Shown here: positions 8,887 through 17,786 of the stretch, piece by piece
How positions within the stretch are numbered: the stretch's first letter is position 1
Layout: the number at the start of each line of letters is the position of its first letter
Assembly: GCA_043827025.1 (NCBI GenBank)
Contig: JBDRPL010000005.1
Coordinates: 32,001-96,000, forward strand
Length of the DNA stretch: 64,000 nt
Reading direction: 5' to 3'
Origin: Candidatus Micrarchaeota archaeon
GTDB lineage: Archaea; Micrarchaeota; Micrarchaeia; Anstonellales; Bilamarchaeaceae
Position numbers and translations under genes: made by a program
Notes under the pieces: model-generated
Databases searched by the model: none
Seen by the model: the letters and a program-made list of their open reading frames with translations, nothing else
Told to the model about the DNA's origin: nothing

Positions 8887-8891
8887 ACGTA

Positions 8892-10022
8892 TTACCCTAT
8901 TATATCAATATCAAGACCGTCCAGTTCCTGATCTACAGTCTTTGTTTCCTTCTTAGTAAATCTTACTCCCGCAAGAACTATTAATACTCGCATTGACGAC
9001 TTTTTCATATTTTCTTCTATCCTTGAACCCCAAATTATATGGGCATTCGGATTTATTCTTCTTGAAGTCTCTGCTACGATATATTCAGCTTCCTTTAATG
9101 TCATATCCTCTCCGCCTACGACATTAACAAGAGCTTTGGTGCACGAGTCTATCTCTGCATCAAGCAATGGCGAATTCAATGCAGTGTCAATTGCTATCCT
9201 GCACCTTTCATCCCCTTTTGCATCAAGCGAAGCTTCTCCTAAACCAATTACTGCAAATCCTCCGCTGGACAGTATTGTCCTAAGATCTGCAAAATCCACG
9301 TTTACAAGTCCTGATTTGGTGACCAGTTCTGTAATTCCTTTGACTGCACCTGCAAGAACTTCATCACAGACTTTGAACGCAGTATTAAGCGGAAGGTCTG
9401 GGACAAGGTTCAGGAGTTTGTCATTTTTTATTACTATGAGTGTGTCAGTGAATTTCTTGAGTTTTTCAAGGCCGGTCATTGCATTTTCCATCCTTATTTT
9501 TCCTTCTGAAGTGAAGGGCAATGTTACTACTCCTACTGTCAATGCGCCTGCTGCCTTTGCCTGCTCTGCAATTATTGGTGCGCTTCCTGTTCCTGTGCCG
9601 CCACCTAACCCGCAGGTTATGAATACTAATGAACCATCGCTTATTACATTTTTTATTTCTGACAGGGCCTCCTTTGCAGCTTCTTCTCCGACTGTAGGGT
9701 TGCTTCCAGCGCCCTTTCCTCCACTAACCTTTTTTCCTAAAATGATCTTTTTGTTTGCCCTTACCTTTAACAGATGTCGAGCATCAGTATTCATTGCAAT
9801 TAGTTTCACACCATCGATTCCCAATTCAAATAATCTGTCAAGCGTGTTGCTTCCGCTTCCCCCAGACCCAACGATATATATTTTCTGCTTGTTTTCTTCT
9901 ATGAATTTCAGTATTTCATCGTTGCTGTCAGCCTCGTCAGTGATGTCTTTTATAAGCTCGCTGTTCGTGGCATCTGCAACCATGATTTTTTCCGGGGTTT
10001 GAGTCTGTGGGACTTCTGACAC
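8892..10022 (-). CDS. ftsZ: Cell division protein FtsZ (FtsZ1-type)
   Basis: GLGGGTGTG tubulin signature, NTDARHL, NVDFADL. Confidence 0.97.
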   Translation of the reverse strand: MSEVPQTQTPEKIMVADATNSELIKDITDEADSNDEILKFIEENKQKIYIVGSGGSGSNTLDRLFELGIDGVKLIAMNTDARHLLKVRANKKIILGKKVSGGKGAGSNPTVGEEAAKEALSEIKNVISDGSLVFITCGLGGGTGTGSAPIIAEQAKAAGALTVGVVTLPFTSEGKIRMENAMTGLEKLKKFTDTLIVIKNDKLLNLVPDLPLNTAFKVCDEVLAGAVKGITELVTKSGLVNVDFADLRTILSSGGFAVIGLGEASLDAKGDERCRIAIDTALNSPLLDAEIDSCTKALVNVVGGEDMTLKEAEYIVAETSRRINPNAHIIWGSRIEENMKKSSMRVLIVLAGVRFTKKETKTVDQELDGLDIDIIG

Positions 10023-10093
10023 TTGTAATCACCTATAAAAATAGATGCTAGATACTTGAAGCAAAAGGTATTTATATGTACCTTTTCTTGCAT

Positions 10094-10135
10094 TCAGAAT
10101 TCAAAATTCAAGACCCGAAACTCGAGACAGGAAAC
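10094..10135. repeat. Degenerate heptamer tandem repeat (6 units)
   Basis: TCAGAAT TCAAAAT TCAAGAC CCGAAAC TCGAGAC AGGAAAC between ftsZ and tRNA-Arg. Confidence 0.45.
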
Positions 10136-10144
10136 AATAATTGA

Positions 10145-10218
10145 CGCCCCCACTGAGATTTGAACTCAGGTTCCAGGATCCGCAATCCAGTGTTCTGTCC
10201 AGGCTATACTATGGGGGC
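10145..10218 (-). tRNA. tRNA-Arg(GCG), no intron
   Basis: GCCCCCA/TGGGGGC acceptor, anticodon loop TT-GCG-GA, T-loop GTTCAAATC. Confidence 0.92.
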
Positions 10219-10380
10219 TTCAAAGGATTAAGATGTGACACAAATGTTTAAATATGTAATGTTATAAATTAGAGTTCTCTTTATTCTCAGATAACAAGGT
10301 AATTCCAATTGCTTTGCCTTAGGTTCTCTGCGGTTTGGATGAGAATGGGTGAATCCTGAATGGGATTCAGTGAAGGTGAA

Positions 10381-10527
10381 ATGATGAAATTATGTAGCTC
10401 ATGTAACAGAATGACTAAGAACTTTGCTGCGTTCCCCTCGCCAGTCGGCGAAGGCGAAATAGTCAGATGCTATTACTGCAGGGAAAACAAGAACCCTTAC
10501 AAATACGGAGAGTTCCAGGGTCCCTAG
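10381..10527 (+). CDS. Zn-ribbon RNA-binding protein (DUF1610/HVO_2753 family), reduced form
   Basis: MMKLCSSC...RCYYCR...PY...FQGP*; conserved position before EF-1beta. Confidence 0.85.
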   Translation: MMKLCSSCNRMTKNFAAFPSPVGEGEIVRCYYCRENKNPYKYGEFQGP

Positions 10528-10535
10528 GTGAATGA

Positions 10536-10796
10536 ATGTCTGACGAATTCAACGTATCTTTGACGCTTAAGATCTATCTTGAGGATTATAGCAAGATGGA
10601 CCATGTGAAAAAAAACATATCTGAGAAGTACAAGGTTTCCAAATTTTGGGAAGAGGATATTGGTTTTGGAATAAAAGCCCTCAAGGCTTCACTTCTTTTG
10701 AACGATGGCAAAGGCGGAGCTGATGCGGTCGAGGAGTATCTGATGTCGCTTGAAGGAGTCAGCCAAGTCCAAGTAGAAGATATGTCTAGAATATAG
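10536..10796 (+). CDS. ef1b: Translation elongation factor 1-beta
   Basis: EEDIGFGIKALK ... EGVSQVQVEDMSRI. Confidence 0.9.
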   Translation: MSDEFNVSLTLKIYLEDYSKMDHVKKNISEKYKVSKFWEEDIGFGIKALKASLLLNDGKGGADAVEEYLMSLEGVSQVQVEDMSRI

Positions 10797-10805
10797 GGTG
10801 TATTT

Positions 10806-11483
10806 ATGGGATTACCAAAGAAAAGAGAGAAAAAGGAAACTAAGAAAGAAATTGTAAAAACGTCTAAACACGGCGAGAAGAAAGTAGAGGGAGCAGTAGA
10901 ATTTAGGGGTATCGTAAGAATCGCAGGAAGAGATATCCGAGGTCAAGTCCAGCTTAAAAGGGCTATCTACAAGGTCGTAGGGATCGGTTCCACATTGGCG
11001 ATTGCAGCACAAAGAGTTATAGAGCGTGAGTTGACCATACCTGGAGAAACGCAGGTTGGAAACCTTAGTGAAGATCAAGTTGCAAACGTAGATGAGATAC
11101 TATTCCATCTTCATAAATACAATGTTCCAAGATTTTTATTGAATTCAAGAAGAGGTGTGACCAACGGGAAAGATGAACATTTCATCATGAGCGACCTTGA
11201 CTTTGCATTCAAGCAAAGCATCGAAACTGAGAAGAAATTGTTTTCATGGAAGGGTTACAGGCATGCTTATGGCCAAAGAGTAAGAGGCCAAAGAACAAGA
11301 AATACTGGCAGAAAAGGTATGGCATTGGGTGTTATGAGAAAATCAATCATTGCAGCCTCTGCATCTGCCAAGGCTAGTCCAAAAGGGTCTGCAGGAGCGC
11401 CTGCAGCAGCAAAAGCACCATCGGGAGCAGCAAAGGAAGTGCCAAAGGCAGCTGAAAAGAAGCCAGCCGAAGCAAAGAAATAA
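10806..11483 (+). CDS. rps13: 30S ribosomal protein S13 (uS13) with Lys/Ala-rich extensions
   Basis: FRGIVRIAG, WKGYRHAYGQRVRGQRTR. Confidence 0.95.
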   Translation: MGLPKKREKKETKKEIVKTSKHGEKKVEGAVEFRGIVRIAGRDIRGQVQLKRAIYKVVGIGSTLAIAAQRVIERELTIPGETQVGNLSEDQVANVDEILFHLHKYNVPRFLLNSRRGVTNGKDEHFIMSDLDFAFKQSIETEKKLFSWKGYRHAYGQRVRGQRTRNTGRKGMALGVMRKSIIAASASAKASPKGSAGAPAAAKAPSGAAKEVPKAAEKKPAEAKK

Positions 11484-11495
11484 AGAGGTAATTGA

Positions 11496-12095
11496 ATGGG
11501 AGATCCACCAAAACTAAGAAACAAATATTCTCGTCCAAAACGATTATGGGATGTTGACAGGCTTAAGGAAGAAAAGGGGCTTAAAAAAGAGTATGGCCTG
11601 AAGAACATGAGGGAGCTTTGGGTAGTTGGCGCCAAACTGAAGAAATACAGGCGTGAAGCCAGGCGATTGCTTTCTCTTCCGGAAGATGAAAGGGAAAGAG
11701 ACAAGGCAATCATACTCAATAAGCTTGTAAGCATGGGCATTCTTAAGACAGAATCTACTGTTGAAGATATTCTTTCTTTAGGTGTCAAGGCGTTTTTAGA
11801 GAGAAGGCTTCAGACAATTGTTTACAAAAAAGGCCTTGCAAGAAGCATTGATCAGAGCAGGCAATTGATAACTCATGGATTTGTTTCAGTGAATGGAGGG
11901 CGAGTTTCCATTCCGAGTTATTTCGTTGATTCTGGAGATGAGGCAGATATTTCTTATTCAAAGAAAATAGATATTGAGCCTCCGAAGGCTGCAGAACCTG
12001 TAAAAGAAGCTGCTGCAACGAAGGTAGAGGGCGGAAAACCGAATGAAAATAGTCCTGCAACTCCACAGCCAAAGGCTGAGGAAGCAGCATCTTAG
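11496..12095 (+). CDS. rps4: 30S ribosomal protein S4 (uS4)
   Basis: [37 protein letters not shown]. Confidence 0.97.
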   Translation: MGDPPKLRNKYSRPKRLWDVDRLKEEKGLKKEYGLKNMRELWVVGAKLKKYRREARRLLSLPEDERERDKAIILNKLVSMGILKTESTVEDILSLGVKAFLERRLQTIVYKKGLARSIDQSRQLITHGFVSVNGGRVSIPSYFVDSGDEADISYSKKIDIEPPKAAEPVKEAAATKVEGGKPNENSPATPQPKAEEAAS

Positions 12096-12103
12096 GTGAA
12101 AAA

Positions 12104-12592
12104 ATGGCAGAAGAAGTAAAAGAAGTAGTAAAGGAAGTACAGAAGGAAGTTCCAAAAGACTCACCAAAAGAAGTAGTAAAGGAAGTGCCAAGAGAAGTAA
12201 AGAAGACCAAGAATAAAGTGGCATTGCTTCACGTTTTCTCTTCAAAGAACGATACTATCATAACTGCAACAGATCTGAGCGGTGCAGAGACACTTGCTTG
12301 GGCAAGCGGTGGAATGATGGTCAAGTCCGACAGAGAAGAAGGAAGGCCGTATGCTGCAATGCAAGCTGCAATCAAAGTGGTTAATCTTATAAAAGATAAA
12401 GGCATAACCCATGTTCATATACGCATTCGTGCACCGGGTGGAAATGGGACAAAGACCCCTGGTCCAGGTGCTCAGGCAGTTGTAAGAACAGTTGCAAGAG
12501 CAGGCGTTCGTATTGGTACTATCGAAGAAGTCACTCCGCTTCCAACGGACTCGATGAAGAGAAAGGGTGGAAGAAGAGGCAGAAGAGTATAA
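12104..12592 (+). CDS. rps11: 30S ribosomal protein S11 (uS11) with repetitive N-terminus
   Basis: [30 protein letters not shown]. Confidence 0.97.
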   Translation: MAEEVKEVVKEVQKEVPKDSPKEVVKEVPREVKKTKNKVALLHVFSSKNDTIITATDLSGAETLAWASGGMMVKSDREEGRPYAAMQAAIKVVNLIKDKGITHVHIRIRAPGGNGTKTPGPGAQAVVRTVARAGVRIGTIEEVTPLPTDSMKRKGGRRGRRV

Positions 12593-12604
12593 GGTGTTGT
12601 ATTC

Positions 12605-13186
12605 ATGAAAGTAGCCATTGAAAAAGAGCACGAGAACAGGCTGGAGTTTTCAGTTGAAGGGATTACTCCGACATTTGCAAATGCCATAAGGCGTTATGCA
12701 ATTGCAAGGGTTCCAATAATTGCGATTGATCAAGTGACTTTCTATGAAAACAGCTCCTATGTCTTTGATGAATATCTTGCGCATAGGGTTGGGCAGCTTC
12801 CTTTGAAGACGCCTGACAAATTGAGTGAAAATGCGGAAATAACCCTTTCGCTTGATGCAACAGGGCCGAAACTTGTCAGTTCAAAGGACTTGAAGAGTTC
12901 TGATTCTCAGATTGTTGTTGTGAAGGACAATGTCCCTATAATTTCTCTGAACGAAGGACAAAGGCTTCAGTTCGAGGGAAAGGCAATTGTCGGTCGCGGA
13001 AGGACCCATGCAAAGTTCCAATCAGGTATAGTTGCCTATGGGATTGATGAAAAAACAGGCAAGATATCTTTCAAAGTAGAAGGATTTTATCAGATGCCTA
13101 TAAAGGAACTTGTGATTCGTGCATGCACTCAGCTTGAGGATGATTTGGTTGAAATGACAAAGTTTCTTAAGAAAAAGTCGAAATAG
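12605..13186 (+). CDS. rpoD: DNA-directed RNA polymerase subunit D (Rpo3), short form without Fe-S domain
   Basis: FANAIRR, AIDQVTFYENSS..DEYLAHRVG, HAKFQ. Confidence 0.95.
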   Translation: MKVAIEKEHENRLEFSVEGITPTFANAIRRYAIARVPIIAIDQVTFYENSSYVFDEYLAHRVGQLPLKTPDKLSENAEITLSLDATGPKLVSSKDLKSSDSQIVVVKDNVPIISLNEGQRLQFEGKAIVGRGRTHAKFQSGIVAYGIDEKTGKISFKVEGFYQMPIKELVIRACTQLEDDLVEMTKFLKKKSK

Positions 13187-13276
13187 ATTTTTATATTCTT
13201 TCATTCTAGTTATTTGTTTCTTTAATTAGGTATTGTAGACAGGTTATTTGTGCATGTTTTGCACATGTTTTTATTT

Positions 13277-13360
13277 GCAGGGGTGGCGGAGTGGTCAAAC
13301 GTGCTAGGTTGAGGGCCTAGTGGCTTAGTGCCTACGAGAGTTCGAACCTCTTTCCCTGCA
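13277..13360 (+). tRNA. tRNA-Leu(GAG)
   Basis: GCAGGGG/TCCCTGC-A acceptor, CTAGG-TTGAGGG-CCTAG anticodon arm, long variable arm, GTTCGAAC. Confidence 0.93.
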
Positions 13361-13364
13361 TACT

Positions 13365-13505
13365 GATCTGGTCTGAGGACACTAACCTTTTAGGTTCTCA
13401 GATTAGATCTCAAATCATGGCAAGAACGTCGCAACGTTCTTGACTGCCATTGTCGCAAGCGACAATAGCATGCCCTGAGGAACTCAGATCGGATCTGAGG
13501 TCTGA
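13365..13505. repeat. Cluster of palindromes and CTCAGAYYRGRTC motifs at the element's left end
   Basis: Motif copies at 13365 (reverse), 13397 and 13483; hairpins 13421-13442, 13449-13466, 13483-13499. Confidence 0.7.
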
Positions 13506-13592
13506 AGCTACTTAACATTACAATGCCAAATTTAGCAAAATGTAGATCATCTCGCCGAGTGCTGTTCTGAGGAGAGAAGCTTATAAAGACTG

Positions 13593-13922
13593 CTACTGGC
13601 TTAACCAAACTAATTTGTTATTAGAATCAATAGGAAATCTACTTTTTAACGTATGTAAAAGGGTTCTACTATCCCCTTTCTTTAAACAAAACCATGCCCC
13701 CATCAAACGATGGTATTCTCTAAGGGTTATTTTCGAATCTCCAATTTTTGTTTTAAGTCGTTCAAATGCCATTTTTTCAAAATCAAATTTTCTATTCGTT
13801 TCTTCTACTATCTCGGGTTCAATTTCTTTCTTTACCTGCGGTTTATTTTGCTTTTTTTCTTCAACCCTAGCGAATAAATCGTCTAGTATGGCATTCCATC
13901 TTTCAAGTTTTTCTCGATCCAT
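13593..13922 (-). CDS. Small hypothetical protein, possible C-terminal winged helix
   Basis: ATG at 13922 (MDREKLERW...), 10 bp after the MBL gene stop. Confidence 0.55.
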   Translation of the reverse strand: MDREKLERWNAILDDLFARVEEKKQNKPQVKKEIEPEIVEETNRKFDFEKMAFERLKTKIGDSKITLREYHRLMGAWFCLKKGDSRTLLHTLKSRFPIDSNNKLVWLSQ

Positions 13923-13932
13923 ATTAAAAACC

Positions 13933-15276
13933 CTATAAATCAATCTTATTGCCTTTTTTCGGGTGTAATGCTCGATCCTTAAATAGTTCAGCATGATGAG
14001 TATGTATAGGTAAAACTTTTTTTGGATCAATCTCTTCAATGAATCCAAATATCTCACTCATAGCCGCATGCCCGGAAGCGTGCAATTGGTGATATGTAAG
14101 ACCGAAGGTATCAGTCCAATTATGTAAAACGTCATCAGAAACCTGAGAAATCGGATCCTCTTCAAAAGGTTCACTCATCGAATGAATACAAATTCCTCCT
14201 TTTGGTTTTATATCAATTAATTCAGTGAGTTGGAAAAAATCAAGCTCAAGAATACAATTGTTACAATTCTCAGAAACATATTCTGAATCAACACACTTTG
14301 GTAACATTGGTTTCTCCCATGGCTTGTAAACTTTCATTTCTCTACCATAAATTTTGATATGCTTATCTGAATATGGATCTGGCAAACCTATTGGATCATC
14401 TTTCAAAGATAAAAGCAAATGTGCCATCTTCATTGAGATTATCAAATCTTTTCCAGTTTCTTTTGCTATCGAGTAAAACGTTCTAAATCTATCAATGTCT
14501 TTTGGATATCTCATGGCTAATATCAAACCTTTTGATTCTTGAACTACTTTTTTGCTCTCACTTTGCACAATTGATTCTGTATGATTTTTTCGTGTTTCCT
14601 TTGGAGCAACTCTTGTTCCTTCTATAATCAAAACTTCAGGATCAAATTCCGATGCTTTTTTCACAAAATCCTCGGTCATATCGCATCGTGGGCCATGCTT
14701 TCTCAAATCCCCAGAATAAGCGATATTTCCTTCTGAAGTTTCGATAACAAATCCATAAGCTCCAGGTACAGAGTGGTCAACATGAACTGGGCAGACTTTG
14801 AAATCCCCTATTGAGAAGTCTTTTCCTGTTCTGAAAGTGTTAGTTTTAGTTTCTTCTTTGAAGAATTTCTGATTTGTTGTTTCTTGAGTAGAACCTAAAA
14901 TAAGCTCAGTTGCTTCACCCAAATAAAGAGGAATGTCTGGATGTAAGTATTGCAAATGGGCAACATGATCAAAATGAGCATGTGAAAGTATCACGCCGTC
15001 AAATTCTGGTTCTGCATAAGCCAGATCTGTTTTTTCCAAGACGTCTTTGGAGTATAAACCTTTGAGTTTTGGAATAAGATTAAATGCAAAATAATCCCTA
15101 AGTCCAAATCTTGCTCTTGGTGCAAGATATGCTTCAGGTACAAAATAATCATCTAAGAGATTAAATGACTGTCCAAAATCCAAAAATATTCTTGACTTTT
15201 TATCTTCTATAAGAAATTTATTTCCGCCAATTTCGTTTATTCCACCATATGCAGTTATTGATGTCATATTGCTCAC
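13933..15276 (-). CDS. RNase J-like MBL/beta-CASP metallo-hydrolase
   Basis: GGINEIGGN, LSHAHFDH, VDHSVPGA, YSGDLRKHG, IIEGT, HASGHA, PIHT. Confidence 0.88.
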   Translation of the reverse strand: MSNMTSITAYGGINEIGGNKFLIEDKKSRIFLDFGQSFNLLDDYFVPEAYLAPRARFGLRDYFAFNLIPKLKGLYSKDVLEKTDLAYAEPEFDGVILSHAHFDHVAHLQYLHPDIPLYLGEATELILGSTQETTNQKFFKEETKTNTFRTGKDFSIGDFKVCPVHVDHSVPGAYGFVIETSEGNIAYSGDLRKHGPRCDMTEDFVKKASEFDPEVLIIEGTRVAPKETRKNHTESIVQSESKKVVQESKGLILAMRYPKDIDRFRTFYSIAKETGKDLIISMKMAHLLLSLKDDPIGLPDPYSDKHIKIYGREMKVYKPWEKPMLPKCVDSEYVSENCNNCILELDFFQLTELIDIKPKGGICIHSMSEPFEEDPISQVSDDVLHNWTDTFGLTYHQLHASGHAAMSEIFGFIEEIDPKKVLPIHTHHAELFKDRALHPKKGNKIDL

Positions 15277-16523
15277 TCCGTTAAATCTCTTATAAGTTCA
15301 TAAACAGCATATAATTCACTAATTGTTTTTCTTACAAATGAAATTGTTTCGTCCTCACTCATCTTTATTAAAGTTGCACGGGGCATCTCTTTACATATCT
15401 TAATTTCTAGTCCGTGATGTTTTCTTTTTAGAAGTTTTTTGAGTTTTTTAAAAATAATCAAATAATCATTTTGTTCAGAAAAATCTAAATTCAAAGATAA
15501 GACTTCACTATATGAAGTTGGCGCATTTTTCCTGTTTTTGTCGCGTTCTATAAATTGAATAATAATTTTGTAACTTTTAGAATGTGTAGAACCTCCCTTT
15601 AATTGGTTAAACACTCGTGAAAGAGAAACGCCAGATTTGCGTAATTGGTCTGATTCAAGACAATCTTTAACTAACCTACGGATTTTAGCCTTGTTATTTA
15701 AAACTACAAATACCTCTAAACAACTTGGTGTCAGACCAGTAGAAATATGAGCAAAATCTTGTTGTCGTTCATATTTTGTTAGAACTGCACCAACCCACTG
15801 GTTTTCCATATTTAGCTTCGATTGATAAGCCAATGGTTTGACCCACATACTGCCTTTTTTAGGCTTAGCTTTTTTCAAGATTCCCTCAACTTTACTTTTT
15901 ACATTCCTAGCCATTTCTTGATCTTCGAAAAATCCAAAATCTTTACTATTAAAATTTAATGTTGCCATATTATTCACCTCGAGATATTCAAGAAATTCAG
16001 TTAATAGAAAATTCACCAAAAGCTTCTTTTCAAATTTTTGTTGCATCTCTTTCAAGAAGGAATATACTTCTGGCCATTGATGCTTATTTTCTTTCTTAAC
16101 ATTAAGCAACTTACAATGTCTTCTAAGTTGATCTTTGTTTACGTTAGAACTTGTTTTGACCTCTACGAGTATTGCGAAGTTATCGTTATTACTATAAATC
16201 CAAGCGTCTGGAATACTATCATTAAGTTTAATTTTTCCATTTTCTCTCTTTTCTTTAGAATATATTAGCAAAACTGCTCTTTGTTTTTTAGATCTAAGAT
16301 CTTTAGCTAAATCTCGATTTTGGAGTTCATATTTAATATTACTTCCAGAAGGAACCACGCTGGTAAATTTTTTTATAAACTTACGGGTAATCTCAGGTTC
16401 GTCACATTTTTCTAATAAATTTATAAGTGATTTCGTAGTATTATTCTCTATCTGATACTCGTCTTTCTGTGGGTCAGAACTTTGAGTGCCATAATAATAA
16501 AATAAATTCTTATGTGGATCCAC
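15273..16523 (-). CDS. PD-(D/E)XK nuclease family protein
   Basis: ENNTTKSL, IPDAWI...ILVEVK...DQLRRH; very AT-rich; overlaps both neighbours. Confidence 0.7.
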   Translation of the reverse strand: MDPHKNLFYYYGTQSSDPQKDEYQIENNTTKSLINLLEKCDEPEITRKFIKKFTSVVPSGSNIKYELQNRDLAKDLRSKKQRAVLLIYSKEKRENGKIKLNDSIPDAWIYSNNDNFAILVEVKTSSNVNKDQLRRHCKLLNVKKENKHQWPEVYSFLKEMQQKFEKKLLVNFLLTEFLEYLEVNNMATLNFNSKDFGFFEDQEMARNVKSKVEGILKKAKPKKGSMWVKPLAYQSKLNMENQWVGAVLTKYERQQDFAHISTGLTPSCLEVFVVLNNKAKIRRLVKDCLESDQLRKSGVSLSRVFNQLKGGSTHSKSYKIIIQFIERDKNRKNAPTSYSEVLSLNLDFSEQNDYLIIFKKLKKLLKRKHHGLEIKICKEMPRATLIKMSEDETISFVRKTISELYAVYELIRDLTE

Positions 16524-17191
16524 TAAATTACCCCCGTTAATTCCTCAAATTTTTCTATTTCATAATCCGCTTGAATATTATCCTTGAACATCTGTCCGTA
16601 TTTTGCTAGGCAAGTTTGCATACCTACCGCTTTAGCACCTTTAATGTCCCGTGTGGGATTATCACCAACAAATAAAACTGCATCGGGTAATACTCCTAGT
16701 TTTTTTAGTGCCAATGTGAAAGCAGAAGGATGCGGTTTGAATTTTTGAGTGTCTGAATGTGTAATTATAAAATCAAATTCATTTTCCAATCCAGTAATAA
16801 TAAGTCGTTGCCAAACTTTGTTTCGTGGGCCATCAGAAACTATGCCCAATTTTACGCCTTTTTCTCTTATTTTTCTAAGAGTTGGCTTTACCATTGGATA
16901 AGGTCGCAGAACTTCTGATTTTCTTTGTAAATAAGCCAAAATTCCAGCCTGTTGAATCTTTTCAGCTAGATTTACTTCTAATTTATACTGCTTAACTACT
17001 TCATAGAAAGTCTTTTGATATTCTATTCCTTTCTCATCATAAACCGAGAATATTTTTCCATAAACTTTTATTTCCTCATCTGGAAGGCCCTGCTTAATCA
17101 TGGCCTTAGCGGCAGCTTTAGCAGTTTCTTTCTTGAAAGTAAGGAAATCCAGAAGCGTATTGTCCAAATCGAAAAGAACTGCCTTAAACAT
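16523..17191 (-). CDS. HAD-superfamily hydrolase (TIGR02253-like)
   Basis: FDLDNTL, IVSDG, KPHP, VGDNPTRDIKGA. Confidence 0.92.
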   Translation of the reverse strand: MFKAVLFDLDNTLLDFLTFKKETAKAAAKAMIKQGLPDEEIKVYGKIFSVYDEKGIEYQKTFYEVVKQYKLEVNLAEKIQQAGILAYLQRKSEVLRPYPMVKPTLRKIREKGVKLGIVSDGPRNKVWQRLIITGLENEFDFIITHSDTQKFKPHPSAFTLALKKLGVLPDAVLFVGDNPTRDIKGAKAVGMQTCLAKYGQMFKDNIQADYEIEKFEELTGVI

Positions 17192-17194
17192 GAA

Positions 17195-17293
17195 TCAACC
17201 TTTAGAAAGATCATCTAAGTACTTAGTAAGAAATTTACTTACTGCCTCCTTTTTCTCTTCAAGGGAATACTCCTTTTTCTTTGCATTTTTCAT
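17195..17293 (-). CDS. Small leader protein (32 aa)
   Basis: MKNAKKKEYSLEEKKEAVSKFLTKYLDDLSKG*; GGTG RBS; stop 3 bp before the HAD start. Confidence 0.45.
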   Translation of the reverse strand: MKNAKKKEYSLEEKKEAVSKFLTKYLDDLSKG

Positions 17294-17303
17294 TAACACA
17301 CCT

Positions 17304-17345
17304 TGTCTATGTTTTTTATAGACATATCTGTTTAAAAGGTTAATG
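17304..17345 (-). promoter_or_regulatory. Putative TATA box plus operator palindrome for the island operon
   Basis: Minus-strand TTTTAAAC box followed by TGTCTAT-N7-ATAGACA (17304-17324). Confidence 0.45.
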
Positions 17346-17382
17346 AAATTAAATATTACCATGACAGAAACGGTGCTTATCT

Positions 17383-17589
17383 CTACCTTTTACTCAGCCA
17401 TTTGGCCCAGCAGCGCATACAATATACTACCTTGGCCACTCGCCCGTGGCTCGAACCCTTAGCTAACCGTATCTTGGAAAACGAAACTATGTCCTTTTTG
17501 TTTTCAGGACATATTTCCGGCTCTTTATCCATCTTGTCCAGCGCAGTGGCCAGACGCCTCGGATAGTTATACAAATCTATATCCGCCAT
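17383..17589 (-). pseudogene. Truncated tyrosine recombinase/integrase (N-terminal domain only)
   Basis: MADIDLYNYPRRL...ICPENKKDIVSF...GSSHGRVAKVVYCMRCWAKWL resembles N-termini of archaeal MGE integrases; stops after 68 aa; next to att-like repeat. Confidence 0.7.
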
Positions 17590-17786
17590 ACCAATCACTC
17601 CGGCAGATGATCTATTTTTTATTTCCTGCAAAATTTGATACCACAATGATAATTGGTTTGTGATCTCAGATCAGGTCTGTGAATTCTTCCCCTTGCATAG
17701 TCATTTTCTCTCAGTGCACTATTTTGTCGAAACACTGAGACTGAATCTCAACTTTCTTCCCCTGCACCACTTCTTTTTCATAGTCA

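Larger units (their letters stand above)
13346..17769. mobile_element. Decayed integrative element inserted at the tRNA-Leu 3' end
   Basis: tRNA 3' end repeated at 17755-17769 (TCTTCCCCTGCACCA) and degenerately at 17684-17699; 23-bp imperfect terminal inverted repeats 13365-13387 / 17655-17677; truncated integrase; AT-rich cargo. Confidence 0.8.

Noticed and set aside
9136..10002. 288-aa plus-strand ORF
   Set aside because: Antisense shadow of ftsZ; the same applies to the many short ORFs opposite strong genes
17383..17646. 87-aa start for the integrase remnant
   Set aside because: GGAGTGA RBS supports the ATG at 17589
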